A DNA stretch of 20,000 nt from positions 3,243,594 through 3,263,593 of the forward strand of contig NC_057751.1 in the NCBI RefSeq assembly GCF_004010195.1, written 5' to 3'. Under the pieces are notes generated by a model that was not told the origin of the DNA, made no database searches, and saw only the letters and a list, made by a program, of their open reading frames with translations. The position numbers and the translations under genes were made by a program. Positions 10,541-20,000 of this stretch are shown piece after piece (the first letter of the stretch is position 1; each line of letters opens with the position of its first letter). This DNA comes from Chiloscyllium plagiosum. Taxonomy: Eukaryota.

Positions 10541-10697
10541 AGCAGCTCAGCCAGCATCCAAGGAACAGGAGAATCGATGTTTCGGGCATAAGACATTTCA
10601 GGGATTCCTGAAGAAGGGCTTATGCCCGAAACGTTGATTCTCCTGTTCCTTGGATGCTGCCTGACCTGCTGCGCTTTTCCAGCAACACATTTTCAGC
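10477..10697. mobile_element. Fold-back Penelope-derived element, copy B (80-bp inverted arms, 16-bp TSD)
   Basis: Arms 10513-10592 / 10619-10698 are near-perfect reverse complements. TSD TGTTGTGAAACTGTTC at 10461-10476 and 10698-10713. Confidence 0.85.
10601..10642 (+). ncRNA. Minimal type-I hammerhead ribozyme motif (putative)
   Basis: gggattc-CTGAAGA(10608-14)-A-GGGC-ttat-GCCC-GAAA(10628-31)-C-GTT^-gattctc: conserved CUGANGA and GAAA boxes, stem II, NUH triplet, imperfect stem I, loop-less stem III as in Penelope-associated minimal hammerheads. Confidence 0.65.
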
Positions 10698-10958
10698 TGT
10701 TGTGAAACTGTTCTCTGGCTGTACAGGTGTGTCCTGACATTCAGATCAATCAATCACAACCTTCAACATTGCACCTAAAATTACACTCAACTGGACCCTG
10801 CCATTTCCACTGAAATTCTGTCCCTGTTCCTGAGGAACTTGTACCTGGTGCTGTTGTGATTGACATAGACACTCATTTCATGATCACCTTTCCTGACTGG
10901 GATCTCCCAGGGCACTTTGCAAGCCCGGTCACTGTCCTGGGTGAGACAGGGCACTCAC

Positions 10959-11417
10959 CTTGTCAAGTTGGCCAGAGAATGGTACCAGTGTGGGTGGTGG
11001 CTCTTGCACATCCATGCTGACCGGTCCACCTTTCTGAGGCTTGACTTGGACAGTGCACTTCTTCAGCTTGCCTGTGTTGGTCAGCCCATTGGTTTTGCTG
11101 ATACTGATGTAGAAGAAGTCCTCTGTTTTCTCGCACTCAGAGTTTGCTTTGGAGCCTTTGTTGCTTGCTTGGTGGCTGGTGTCAAACCTCAGCAGGCCAT
11201 CTTGTTGCCTGAGGAGCTTGTGGAGGTGGGTAGCCTTGATGTTCCCATACTCCAAGGCTTTGCACTGTTTCCCTTGGAGATTCTGGCCTGAAATGAGGCT
11301 GCTCACACTCCCCATGTTGCTTTCGGCAGGCCAGCTAGGAAACACTGAGGCAAGCTGCGAGTTATTCACCTGAGACGGAAGCTTGATTTGGACGTGTATG
11401 GCATCTCCAGTTGCCAT
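10959..11417 (-). CDS. LZTS1: LZTS1-like, first coding exon (start at 11417 or at MGSVSS ATG 11315)
   Basis: MGSVSSLISG, RQQDGLLRF, KTEDFFYI and PPTLVPFSGQLDK match the recalled LZTS1 N-terminus (MGSVSSLISG...DGLLRF...KSEDFFYI...PPKLMPFSNQLE). Donor AAG|GTGAGT at 10959/10958; upstream acceptor tcttgcAG|G at 11457/11456. Confidence 0.9.
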
Positions 11418-11429
11418 AGCAAGTCCAAT

Positions 11430-11447
11430 TCAACAATTTAACTCCAT
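11430..11447 (-). promoter_or_regulatory. Upstream ORF MELNC* in 5' UTR
   Basis: ACC-ATG-G context; ATG GAG TTA AAT TGT TGA, in frame with and ending 12 nt before ATG 11417; lies inside the predicted exon (starts 11456). Confidence 0.6.
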
Positions 11448-11874
11448 GGTGTTGACCTGCAAGACAAGATTGGAAAGAGAAGGAGAATCTAATTAATTAA
11501 TTGTCAGCAATGAACCAATCAAGAAAGTCTTTTTGTTAATATTGTGCCTCTCACAACTACAGGATGTCCCAGTATGTTTCCCATCTCGGGGAATTCTTTT
11601 TGAACATTATAATCAGATTGCTGGCAACCGATCTAATGCACAGAAACCTCCCAGCAACAACAATGTGGTCATGTGATCACCTTTTCTTGTGCTCTTGTTT
11701 AGGGGATAGAAATTGGTCAAGGTGTTGGGGAAACCCATCCGCTTTTGTCTGGACTGGAAATTGTGGGATCTTCTCTGGCCACTTAAGGGTGACAGACCAT
11801 GAATCGTTTTAATTATGGCACTTGTGACAGCACAGCACCCTCTCGAGTGTCGACCTAGAATTCTGAGCCAAAAA

Positions 11875-12790
11875 CCACAGCACATCTATTCGATGGCCTG
11901 GTCTCCACAGCCCTTGTATCAATGAGTTCCATAGATTCACCACCCTCTGGCTGAAAAGGTTTCCCCTCAAGTCACTTCTAAAGGGTTGTCCCTTCACTCT
12001 GAGGCTGTGCCCTTGAGTCCTCATCTCTCTGACCAGTGGAAACATCTTCTCCACGTCCACACGATCAACAGGCCCCTCAATATTCTCCAAGTTTCAATCA
12101 GCGTCCCCCTCAACCTCCTAAACTCCATGGAATGTAGACCCAGAGTCCTCAACTGCCCGTCATATGACATACCTTTCATTCCCAGGATTGTGCTTGTAAA
12201 CCTCCAATAGACCCCCTCCAAGACAGCACATCCTTCCTTCGATATGGAGCTCAAAAGTATTCCAGACCCTTATGCAACCTTAACAACACACTTTTGCATT
12301 CTCAACCACTTGAAATGAATGCTAACATTGCATGTGCTTTCCTAACTGCTAACAGAACCTGCATGTTCACCCTGAAGAGAATCCTGAAACAGGACTCCCA
12401 AGAACAGTACTTGAGATTTCCCCATTTAGAAAATAATCTCTCCCTCTATTCTTCTGACCAAACGTGCAAACCTCTGACTTTCCCACATTATATTCCCTGC
12501 ACCACTTTTTTGGCCCTCACCTAACCTGTCCAAGACCTTCTGCAGCCTCCCCATTTCCTCAACAGCATCTATCCTTCCACCTATCTTTGTGTCATCTGCA
12601 AACTAAGCAGCAGTGCTCTCGATTCCTTCGCCCACATAATGAATGTATAACGTAATCATTGTAGTCCCAACAGTGAACTCTGTGCAACTCCATGGTCTGC
12701 GATCCTGAGAAAGACCTCCTTTTATCCCCACTCTCTGCCTTCTGCCAGTCAGCCAATCCTCTCTCTGTACCAGTACGCTGCCCCTCACAC
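11875..12790 (-). mobile_element. CR1 LINE ORF2 C-terminal remnant
   Basis: ORF-track peptides LEGVYWRFTSTILGMKGMSYDGQLRTLGLHSMEFRRLRGTLIETWRILRG and DRVDVEKMFPLV...GHSLRVKGQPFRSDLRGNLFSQRVVNLWNSL are typical CR1 ORF2 C-terminal motifs; frameshifted. Confidence 0.9.
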
Positions 12791-13829
12791 CATCTTATGA
12801 AGTAGCGATTTAAAGCAGGGAGTGGGAATTGATCCAAAGAAACATGAATGTAAGATGGACTGAGATTTCATGCAGGCTTTCTGACGTGCAGAAGGCCTGA
12901 CTACACACAGCACCAGGACACCTCCAGAGACAATCTGCAGGACTGGAATGGGAAATGAGAGCACTCACTGCTGCTTCACAGGATCAAATTGATTAAAGTG
13001 ACATCGAAGCAATTTGAAAAAAAAATCATTCATATCTCAAGGGATAAGATTCCTGAATCACTCCCACTCTCAGATACAGACCTTGATGAAGATGATTAAT
13101 TAAATGGCCAAATTACAATTTCATGTCGTAAATATTGCTGGCAGAATTGAATGTACAATAATCTATCCCTATAATTGTCTCACAGGGCTATGAGTGTTTA
13201 CTCTCCAGGATTCGCTGGGGTGTAGTGGTTGCAAATGTCTTATTTATGTTTGTGGATGGCATTTTGGGAATCTTATTTGCCCTGTCTTAACCAGCCACTT
13301 CCTAGGTGAAGAATGTATACTTTAATCATCTGTTTGAAAATGTTCTCACAGACAATTCACATCACACAGAGTGCTCACAGTTCAAGCTGATAATTATTGG
13401 GGTGGGTAGGAGTAAAAATAATTGCAGTAAGACTGTCTGTAATCAGCAGCACAAGATGTGTGTTGGAGCTCTGCAGATATTGTCAGTTTAATGTGATATG
13501 GGCTTGGCAAATCTGTTTGGGGGCATTCCTGGAGAAATCATCTCACATACGCACACCTCACTGGTCTATTCTCCGAATGGGCACTTGAGAAAGGAACAGT
13601 CTTCTACTGACTTCATCAGTTGACCTTGAAGCAAGTAATTTCTCTGTCACTGATATCACTCAATGGAAGTGTTCAGAGGAAATGAAAGGTTTTTTTTTTA
13701 AAGACCAGATCTTCCCTGTGTTTTTTCTGCAGCGAGTATGATTAACTCCTCATTCCTGGGAACTGCTCTCACTACCTGGGAACTTACTGTAGAAGAATTG
13801 TGTGGACCTGTCTGAGTCGGAAAGAGACA

Positions 13830-14690
13830 GGAGATGCTGGAGAAACAGAGTGAATGTTGCCAGTCTGATATAACATCTTTACAACTGCAGAGGACTGGGA
13901 AAAGACAGGTTTCACTCGACAGAAAAGGAGGAAGGAGGAGCTGGGATAGATGGCCCAGAGTGAAAAACAAACACAAAGGCAGGATTCAAGATAATAAGGA
14001 AGAGATATAGCTGAAGAGTAGGTGTTAATGGCAAGGGTTACCAGCAACAAGTAGGTCAGCGCGACCGAGAACAATGCTGTACAATGAGACACAGGTTCTT
14101 GGAGGTGAAGAGTATCTTCAAAGTGGAGGACAGTGTTCATGGTCTGAAGCTGCTGGAGTCGGTGCTGAGTCTGGAAGGCTGCAAATTGCTGGAACAGTAA
14201 ATGAGAGGCATTTTCTCCAGCTTGCAGTGGGCTTTGCTGGAGAATAGAGGCATACCTCAGACAGAAATGCTGGCACAACCAGAGGATATGTATTCAAATG
14301 ACCAGTGACGAGAAACTCGCTCATTCCTGCAGAACAGAGGAGAGGTGTTCCGCAAAGGGGTCGCCTAGTCTGTGTTTGGTCTTGTCAGTGTACAGGAGCT
14401 GAAAATGTGTTGCTGGAAAAGCGCAGCAGGTCAGGCAGCATCCAAGGAGCAGGAGAATCGATGTTTAGGGCATGAGCCCTTCTTCAGATTCTCCCGCTCC
14501 TTGGATGCTGCCTGACCTACTGCGCTTTTCCAGCAACACATTTTCAGCTCTGATCTCCAGCATCTGCAGCCCTCACTTTCTCCTCAGTGTACAGGAGACC
14601 ACATTGTAAGATGGGTAGATACATAGTCTAAGCAGATTACTGCTACCCCTCGAAGGTGTGTCTGGGGCTTCAGACAGTGAGAAGGGAGGA
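13830..14690 (-). mobile_element. Old Penelope-like element remnant (GIY-YIG endonuclease C-half plus 3' region), interrupted by copy C
   Basis: After removing the insert and one TSD, the minus strand from 14606 reads QCGLLYTDKTKHRLGDPFAEHLSSV (cf. PLE CGLLYIGETKRRLGDRFAEH), then EFLVTGHLN and KLEKMPLIYCSSNLQPSRLS (cf. KLEEQHLIFRLGTLQPxGLN). Limits approximate. Confidence 0.75.
14399..14583. mobile_element. Fold-back Penelope-derived element, copy C (64-bp inverted arms, 14-bp TSD)
   Basis: Arms 14396-14459 / 14487-14550. TSD TCAGTGTACAGGAG at 14385-14398 and 14584-14597. Minus-strand CTGAAGA-A-GGGC-TCAT-GCCC-TAAAC-ATC in the spacer. Confidence 0.85.
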
Positions 14691-14904
14691 GGGGGAGGAG
14701 TCAGTGTGTTCAATGGGCAAACGTGAAACATCTCAGGTGACCTGTGACAACAGACCAACATTCATCCCTCCCTACTGTCAAATCATGACCTGATAATGAC
14801 TTCAGTTCTGTGCAGGATATTGCTGTGCAGAGGTTAGCTGCAAATCACTGGACTGATTCCACTTCAGTAATACTGAATTGGCAGTGAAGTGCTTTGTAAG
14901 TATT

Positions 14905-15425
14905 TTAGAGTCACAGAGGTGTACAGCATTGAAACAGACCCTTTGTTCCAACTTGTCCATGCTGACCAGATATCCCAACCCAATCTAGTCCTATTTGCCA
15001 GCACCCGGCCCATATCCCTCCAAACCCTTCCTATTCATATACCCATCCAAATGCCTCTTAAATGTTGCAATTGTACCAGCCTCCACCACTTCCTCTAGCA
15101 GCTCATTCCATATAAGTACCATCCTCTGTGTGAAAAAGTTGCCCCTTAGGTCCCTTTTATATCTTTTCCCCTCTCACCCTAAACCTATGCCGTCTAGTTT
15201 TGGACTCCCCTAACCTGGGGTAAAGGCTATTCACTGCATCCATGCGCCTCATGATTTTATAAACATCTATAAGGTCACCCTGCAGCTGCCCACGCACTGG
15301 TCAAAATAGCCCAAGCCCCTGTAGCTCAAACCCTCCGACCCTGGCAACATCCTTGTAAATCTTTCCTGCATCCTTTCAAGTTTATCAGTGTCTTTCGTGT
15401 GTGCGGGAGACCAGAATTGAACACG
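14905..15425 (-). mobile_element. CR1 LINE 3' end
   Basis: AGAGTCACAGAGGTGTACAGCATTGAAACAGACCC...GGCCCATATCCCTCCAAACC...TTTTATAAACATCTATAAGGTCACCC...CCTGGCAACATCCTTGTAAATCT: reverse complement of a CR1 ORF2 end and tail. Confidence 0.85.
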
Positions 15426-15897
15426 GTAATGTATGTTGAAGCTGTGAAACGTGCTATCGAAGTGCAGCGTCTTTGTTTCTTCCTAATCCACTGGAGAACT
15501 CCTCTCACTGTCTGAAAACTAACTCAAGCTGCCTTTCTCTTGCATACCAGATCCTGTGTTGACACAGAGAGAGACAGATGGGCCACTTTGATCACATACG
15601 TGCAGTCTGACAACACATTAGGAATGGGAAGAATTGGAGCCTTTCACCTATTTGTACAGTCTGTCATTCTGTACATAGATTCAGCTGATTGAGAGGTCTT
15701 TTCACTTCATTCCATAATGCGTCTGTACTTTCAGCGTTCATGTCCTGGCCAAAAGAAATCTGTTGATTCCATCCCAGACATCTTTGTGTTTATTTCAAAC
15801 CTCTGAAATGTGACTCCAACAATAGCCATTTCTTGAACTGATAGTCATCTGTTGTAAGTGTGTCTGAGGGAGCATGATGAAGGGAGCTGATGGCGTG

Positions 15898-16531
15898 TGT
15901 CACAAAGCTGCTCCCTTTTTTCTGAAAGCTGTTCCTTTTCTCAAGGTCACTGTGTCCTTGTTGTTTTTCAGAGGGGTTGTAAACAGCTCCTGGTTCCTAT
16001 TAGACTGGTTTGGTGGAGAGATTAAAGGGTATAGAGAGGCCTTTTTGTTTATTTGTAAACAGATGAGACTTCAGGCCAAAGTGGTCATGTTTTAGAAGTG
16101 ACCTGTATAATGGAAGGGGAGTGGTCAGCTCTCTAGCTGGGCAGTTCAGCCCAGAACTGGTTGGGAGTTCAGCAGTGAGCTCTGTGAAAACAGGCTCCCT
16201 CTCTTTCTGCCCTTCCAACTTCAACCTGTAAGCATCTGTTCCATTTTTTAAACTTTTATTTTAAGGGGGTTTGCTGATTGGGACTGTTGTGTATTTTCGG
16301 AACAGCACAATAAGTCTAGTTAGGATAGACTGAGTTGTGTAGGGGATCTTTGTTCTGTTCTGTGTGTTTCATTGTGTAATTTTGTGAAGAAACTTTTGTC
16401 TGTTTTAAAACCTGGTAGTCAACCGAGCTAACTTCGGGTAATTTTCACCATACTCTTACTGAAACAAATTGCAAAGTTTTTTAAATTGCCTGCTTAAGAA
16501 TGTTTTGAGTGGTTTGGCCTAGTCCATAATA
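15898..16531. mobile_element. Probable solo LTR (Ty3/Gypsy-like), about 634 bp
   Basis: Begins TGTCACAAAG, ends CCATAATA (cf. ...TAACA). Flanked by CGTG (15894-15897) / TGTG (16532-16535), compatible with a CpG-decayed 4-bp TSD; no coding content. Confidence 0.5.
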
Positions 16532-16689
16532 TGTGTTAGGAGCTATCACTGCATTTCTGTCAATGTGAGGAAGGAGCTTGGTGCTGTTTGGATTCAACTA
16601 ACCTCCCTCCATTCAGAATTCCCTCCACAATGACAGGAACATGGACTTTGAAACATACAGGTCAAGTCACCATCATCTGACAAGACCAT

Positions 16690-16862
16690 AGGGCTCCTCT
16701 GACTTCTGAGAGAGAAGACTGGTGGTGGTTTAACCTGAGGGTCACCATGCCTGAGATGAGGGGAGAGATTGAGAAGGAGAGTCCTTCATAGTAGCCTCAG
16801 TCAGTGCAGGAATTCAACCCACACTGTCGGCCTCATTCTGCGTTCAGCCAATCAGCTGAGCG
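16690..16862 (-). mobile_element. tRNA-derived SINE fragment
   Basis: Minus strand: GCTCAGCTGATTGG (A-box-like)...GGGTTGAATTCC (B-box-like)...GGTGACCCTCAGGTTAAACCACCACCAG body. Confidence 0.6.
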
Positions 16863-16962
16863 AAACCCCATTTTTGAGACAGAGCATTCCTGTGAACCAG
16901 GTTTTCTGAATCGGGGAGGACAGAAAAATCACTTCAATCTCAGCTGGTTCATGTGAACATTT

Positions 16963-17288
16963 GGGGCGGTACGATGGCTCAGTGGTTAGCACTGCTGCCT
17001 CACAGCAACAGGGACCCGGGTTCAATTCCCGGCTCAGGCGACTGACTGTGTGGAGTTTGCACATTCTCCCCGTGTCTGTGTGGGTTTCCTCCGGGTGCTC
17101 CGGTTTCCTCCCACAGTCCAAAGATGTGTAGGTTAGGTGAATTGGCCATGGGAAATTGCCCGTAGTGTTAGGTGAAGGGGAAAATGTAGGGGAATGGGTC
17201 TGGGTGGGTTGCGCTTCAGCGGGTCGGTGTGGACTTGTTGAGACGAAGGGCCTGTTTCCACACTGTAGGGAATCTAATCGAATCGAAA
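16963..17288 (+). mobile_element. HE1-type V-SINE (tRNA-derived), near full length
   Basis: A box TGGCTCAGTGG (16975-16985), B box GGTTCAATTCC (17019-17029), V-domain TGTGTGGAGTTTGCACATTCTCCCCGTGTCTG...GGTTTCCTCCGGGTGCTCCGGTTTCCTCCCACAGTCCAAAGA, CR1-like tail GGGCCTGTTTCCACACTGTA plus AATCT/AATCG repeats. Confidence 0.92.
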
Positions 17289-19481
17289 ACAAAGTGTCTC
17301 CATAATCTTCGGTTCTTTATCGGTTGTCACAACACTTTGAATCAGCAAACATCTGGTCCTCTTTGATCACCACCTGTTAGAGATATTTGATGTCTGGACA
17401 AAGCCAGTGGAGGTTCTTCACCTGGGGAAGTTGTCAAAGGTGTTCCATCGGGAATGTTCTGGGAGGTAGTTGCAGTCTGTTTCCTGTTGGTGCCTGGCCC
17501 AGTTGCAACTCAGCTTTCAGTTCACTTACTGCTTAAGCTGTTCCAATCAGACCCTGGCACAAATCCGGACAACAGCTTGGACTTCTCACCAACCCTCCGA
17601 ACAAAGCCACTTCAAATGATGGCGAACAGATAATATATTGGAGACTCTGAAATTGATCAATGGGAACAGAGCTCAGTCCCCCTCTCAACCTCTGACAACA
17701 TATTGGTCAAGTTTAATAGGTCATTGATGCACTTCTGCTAAGCCTGATTTAGTCTAGATTTTCCCTCTGATTTGGGGGCAGCTTTCATTCCAAGTTGTGG
17801 CCACTAAAATATTGTTTGGCACCAAAGAAGAGGAGGAAGATGAGAATCTGTGTTGCGTCATGAATTGTGTTCAGGAATGGGCTGATGTGATGGGAACGCA
17901 TCGAAGAGAAGCTTTCACAATGGAATTGAAGAATTATTCAAAGAAGGAGAATCATTGCAGGGATGTGGGAAAAGGACAGGGGTTCACAGAGAGCTCTCTC
18001 AGGGCTCAATAGCTTTCTCCTGTTCTGCAAGTGATTGACAGTGCATGACATCTCCGTCAGATGGTAATGCAAGATGCTGAGCACAACTGTGTTGCTTCCT
18101 TCATGGAAAAGAGGGAATATAGACAGGTCAGATATTCATGGCCTTCCTTTCACTGGAGAACTGACAACTGGCTGTCATCCTGACAGTGCAGTAGCATTGA
18201 CAGACTTGAGCAAGGAAAGAAATAGATTTCAAATAGAATCTCATTATCCTTGAAATAATGCACACTTTCACAGGATTAGTCTTGAAACTTACGGACGGAG
18301 CCTCTGTAGAATTCCCCCCTCCCCTGGCAGAGACAGGACTGTAACAGAGCCCTGCTGCGAACCGAAAGAGAAGGTGGATGTGCTTGGGGATTGTACTCCC
18401 CTGCCCTGCTGTCCTGATTTCACTGGTTCCCTCCTCACCATTTGCTGAATGGCATTCAAGCAACTTTCCCTGATGACCTGGGTGCAAAAAATGCACTGAT
18501 TTATTTGGTGAGGCTTTGAAGAGAGCCAAACAGTGAAGGCTGCTTTCATCTTGCAGTCGTGGACTTGGATCTCGGTTGTTGGGACTGCCATCTCAGTTGA
18601 CAGCACTACATTGGGGGAAGTGCAGCATTATCCATTTAAGGACTGAGAGCTGTCAGAGGCCAATCCTGAACTGGGACAGCGACTCGCCTGAGAAACGTTG
18701 ACAAAGCATTTCTCACATTGTTTCCCAAGTTGTCTCTTGTTTTCCAGTCTTATTTGGAAAAGTTCCAGTGTTAATGATGAGCCCTGTCTGCTGCTTTTGG
18801 ATAGGAGCCAACCAACCTGTCATAATGTGCAGGAAGCCGATACATACCTCTCAACTGCTTGAAGTTACACTATCAATGGGCTGTGCGGTCTAGCGTAGCA
18901 CCCAGTACAGATTCCCAATGTGCCCAGAGTTTACGTATATCGTCCACTGAGCAGACATGGAATGACAATTGGCTGGCTCGGCACCAAAACGTCAACCGAA
19001 TGCAAATCTGCCATCAGAAACAAGAGGTAGAGACAGGATCAGTGTTCATCCTCCATGATATTCACCAGATTGCAAACTACCAACACTGAGAAAACTCATG
19101 GCTCCAGCAATGGACAATCCATTCAGCAGTTAATGCTGCACACTCTCTGATGTCTCGGTCATGTGTTTTCCCATCTGAGTTACACAAGGTATGTTGTGCA
19201 CTGAAACAAGAGGAGTGTCTGCAATGGTGGAGAAATGTTGGAGTGCTAAAAGCTGGAGCACACATTGCCACAGGATGGAACAGTCTGGAGAAGCACAGAC
19301 AACATTGATTGGCAAGAGGAAAAAGAGCAAAACCCACCGAACCCTCATTGGCAACACATGGCTCCTCACAGTCAGAAAACGTTGTCTCATGTGAGATATG
19401 GCCATATTTCAGCTGCAGTTCATACATCTTGCAGCAAATTCTTCCACACACTGACACTCTGCACATGCTGTGGACAGAATC

Positions 19482-20000
19482 CAGTAACTCTGATGACAGT
19501 AATTCTGAACTGGACGGACAGTAACTCTGACTGTACAGGAACTCTGACTGTACAGTAACTTTGAGCTGGACAGTAACTCTGAACTGGACGGTTACTCTGA
19601 ACTGTACAGTAACTCTGACTGTACAGTAACTCTGAGCTGGACAGTAACTCTGAACTGGACAGTAACTCTGAACTGGACAGTAACTCTGAACTGGACAGTA
19701 ACTCTGAGCTGGACGGTAACTCTGAACTGGACAGAACTGGACGGTAACTCTGACTGGACAGTAAATCTGAACTGGACGGTAACTCTGAACTGGACCGTAA
19801 CTCTGAACTGGACAGTAACTCTGAACTGGACGGTTACTCTGAACTGGACGGTAACTTTGAACTGGACGGTAACTCTGAACTGGACGGTAACTCTGAACTG
19901 GACAGTATATCTGAACTGGACGGTAACTCTGAACTGGACCGTAACTCTGAACTGGACAGTAACTCTGAACTGGACGGTAACTCTGAACTGGACGGTAACT
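19482..20000. repeat. 18-bp minisatellite (AACTCTGAACTGGAC[A/G]GT)n, continues beyond window
   Basis: Period 18 read directly (e.g. ACTGGACGGT at 19861 and 19879); some 17-bp and truncated variants near the left edge. Confidence 0.97.

Noticed and set aside
10207..10637. ORFs with an internal 48-aa repeat
   Set aside because: By-product of the 144-bp duplication and the repeat element.
11430..11432. Selenocysteine or programmed readthrough at the in-frame TGA
   Set aside because: No SECIS or readthrough context recognisable, and LZTS proteins are not known selenoproteins.
16963..17035. tRNA gene
   Set aside because: A/B boxes run straight into the V-SINE body and LINE-like tail, so this is a SINE head.
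17300..19480. Additional exons or genes among short ORFs
   Set aside because: No recognisable protein similarity or convincing splice-bounded frame; scattered decayed SINE/LINE bits are too weak to delimit.
19482..20000. CRISPR-like array
   Set aside because: Contiguous tandem units with no unique spacers, in a eukaryotic context with no cas genes.

Overview
Vertebrate genomic DNA, almost certainly from a cartilaginous fish: the HE1-type V-SINE, CR1 tails and Penelope-derived repeats resemble those of sharks (inference). The window holds the complete coding region of an LZTS-family gene (Fez1/leucine-zipper tumour suppressor), closest to LZTS1, on the minus strand. It has three phase-0 coding exons (11417-10959, 8187-7477, 4926-4228), giving 622 aa from the first ATG or 588 aa from the MGSVSS ATG. 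The rest is mostly decayed transposons (CR1/L2 LINEs, tRNA-SINEs, a probable solo LTR, a Penelope GIY-YIG remnant) and an 18-bp minisatellite running off the right edge. Most notable are (i) three short fold-back Penelope-derived elements, each with a 14-16 bp target-site duplication and a minimal type-I hammerhead-ribozyme motif; the only copy with an intact catalytic core (10601-10642) is antisense to the host gene; and (ii) an in-frame strong-Kozak uORF plus two alternative starts that could switch the LZTS protein between myristoylated and non-myristoylated forms.
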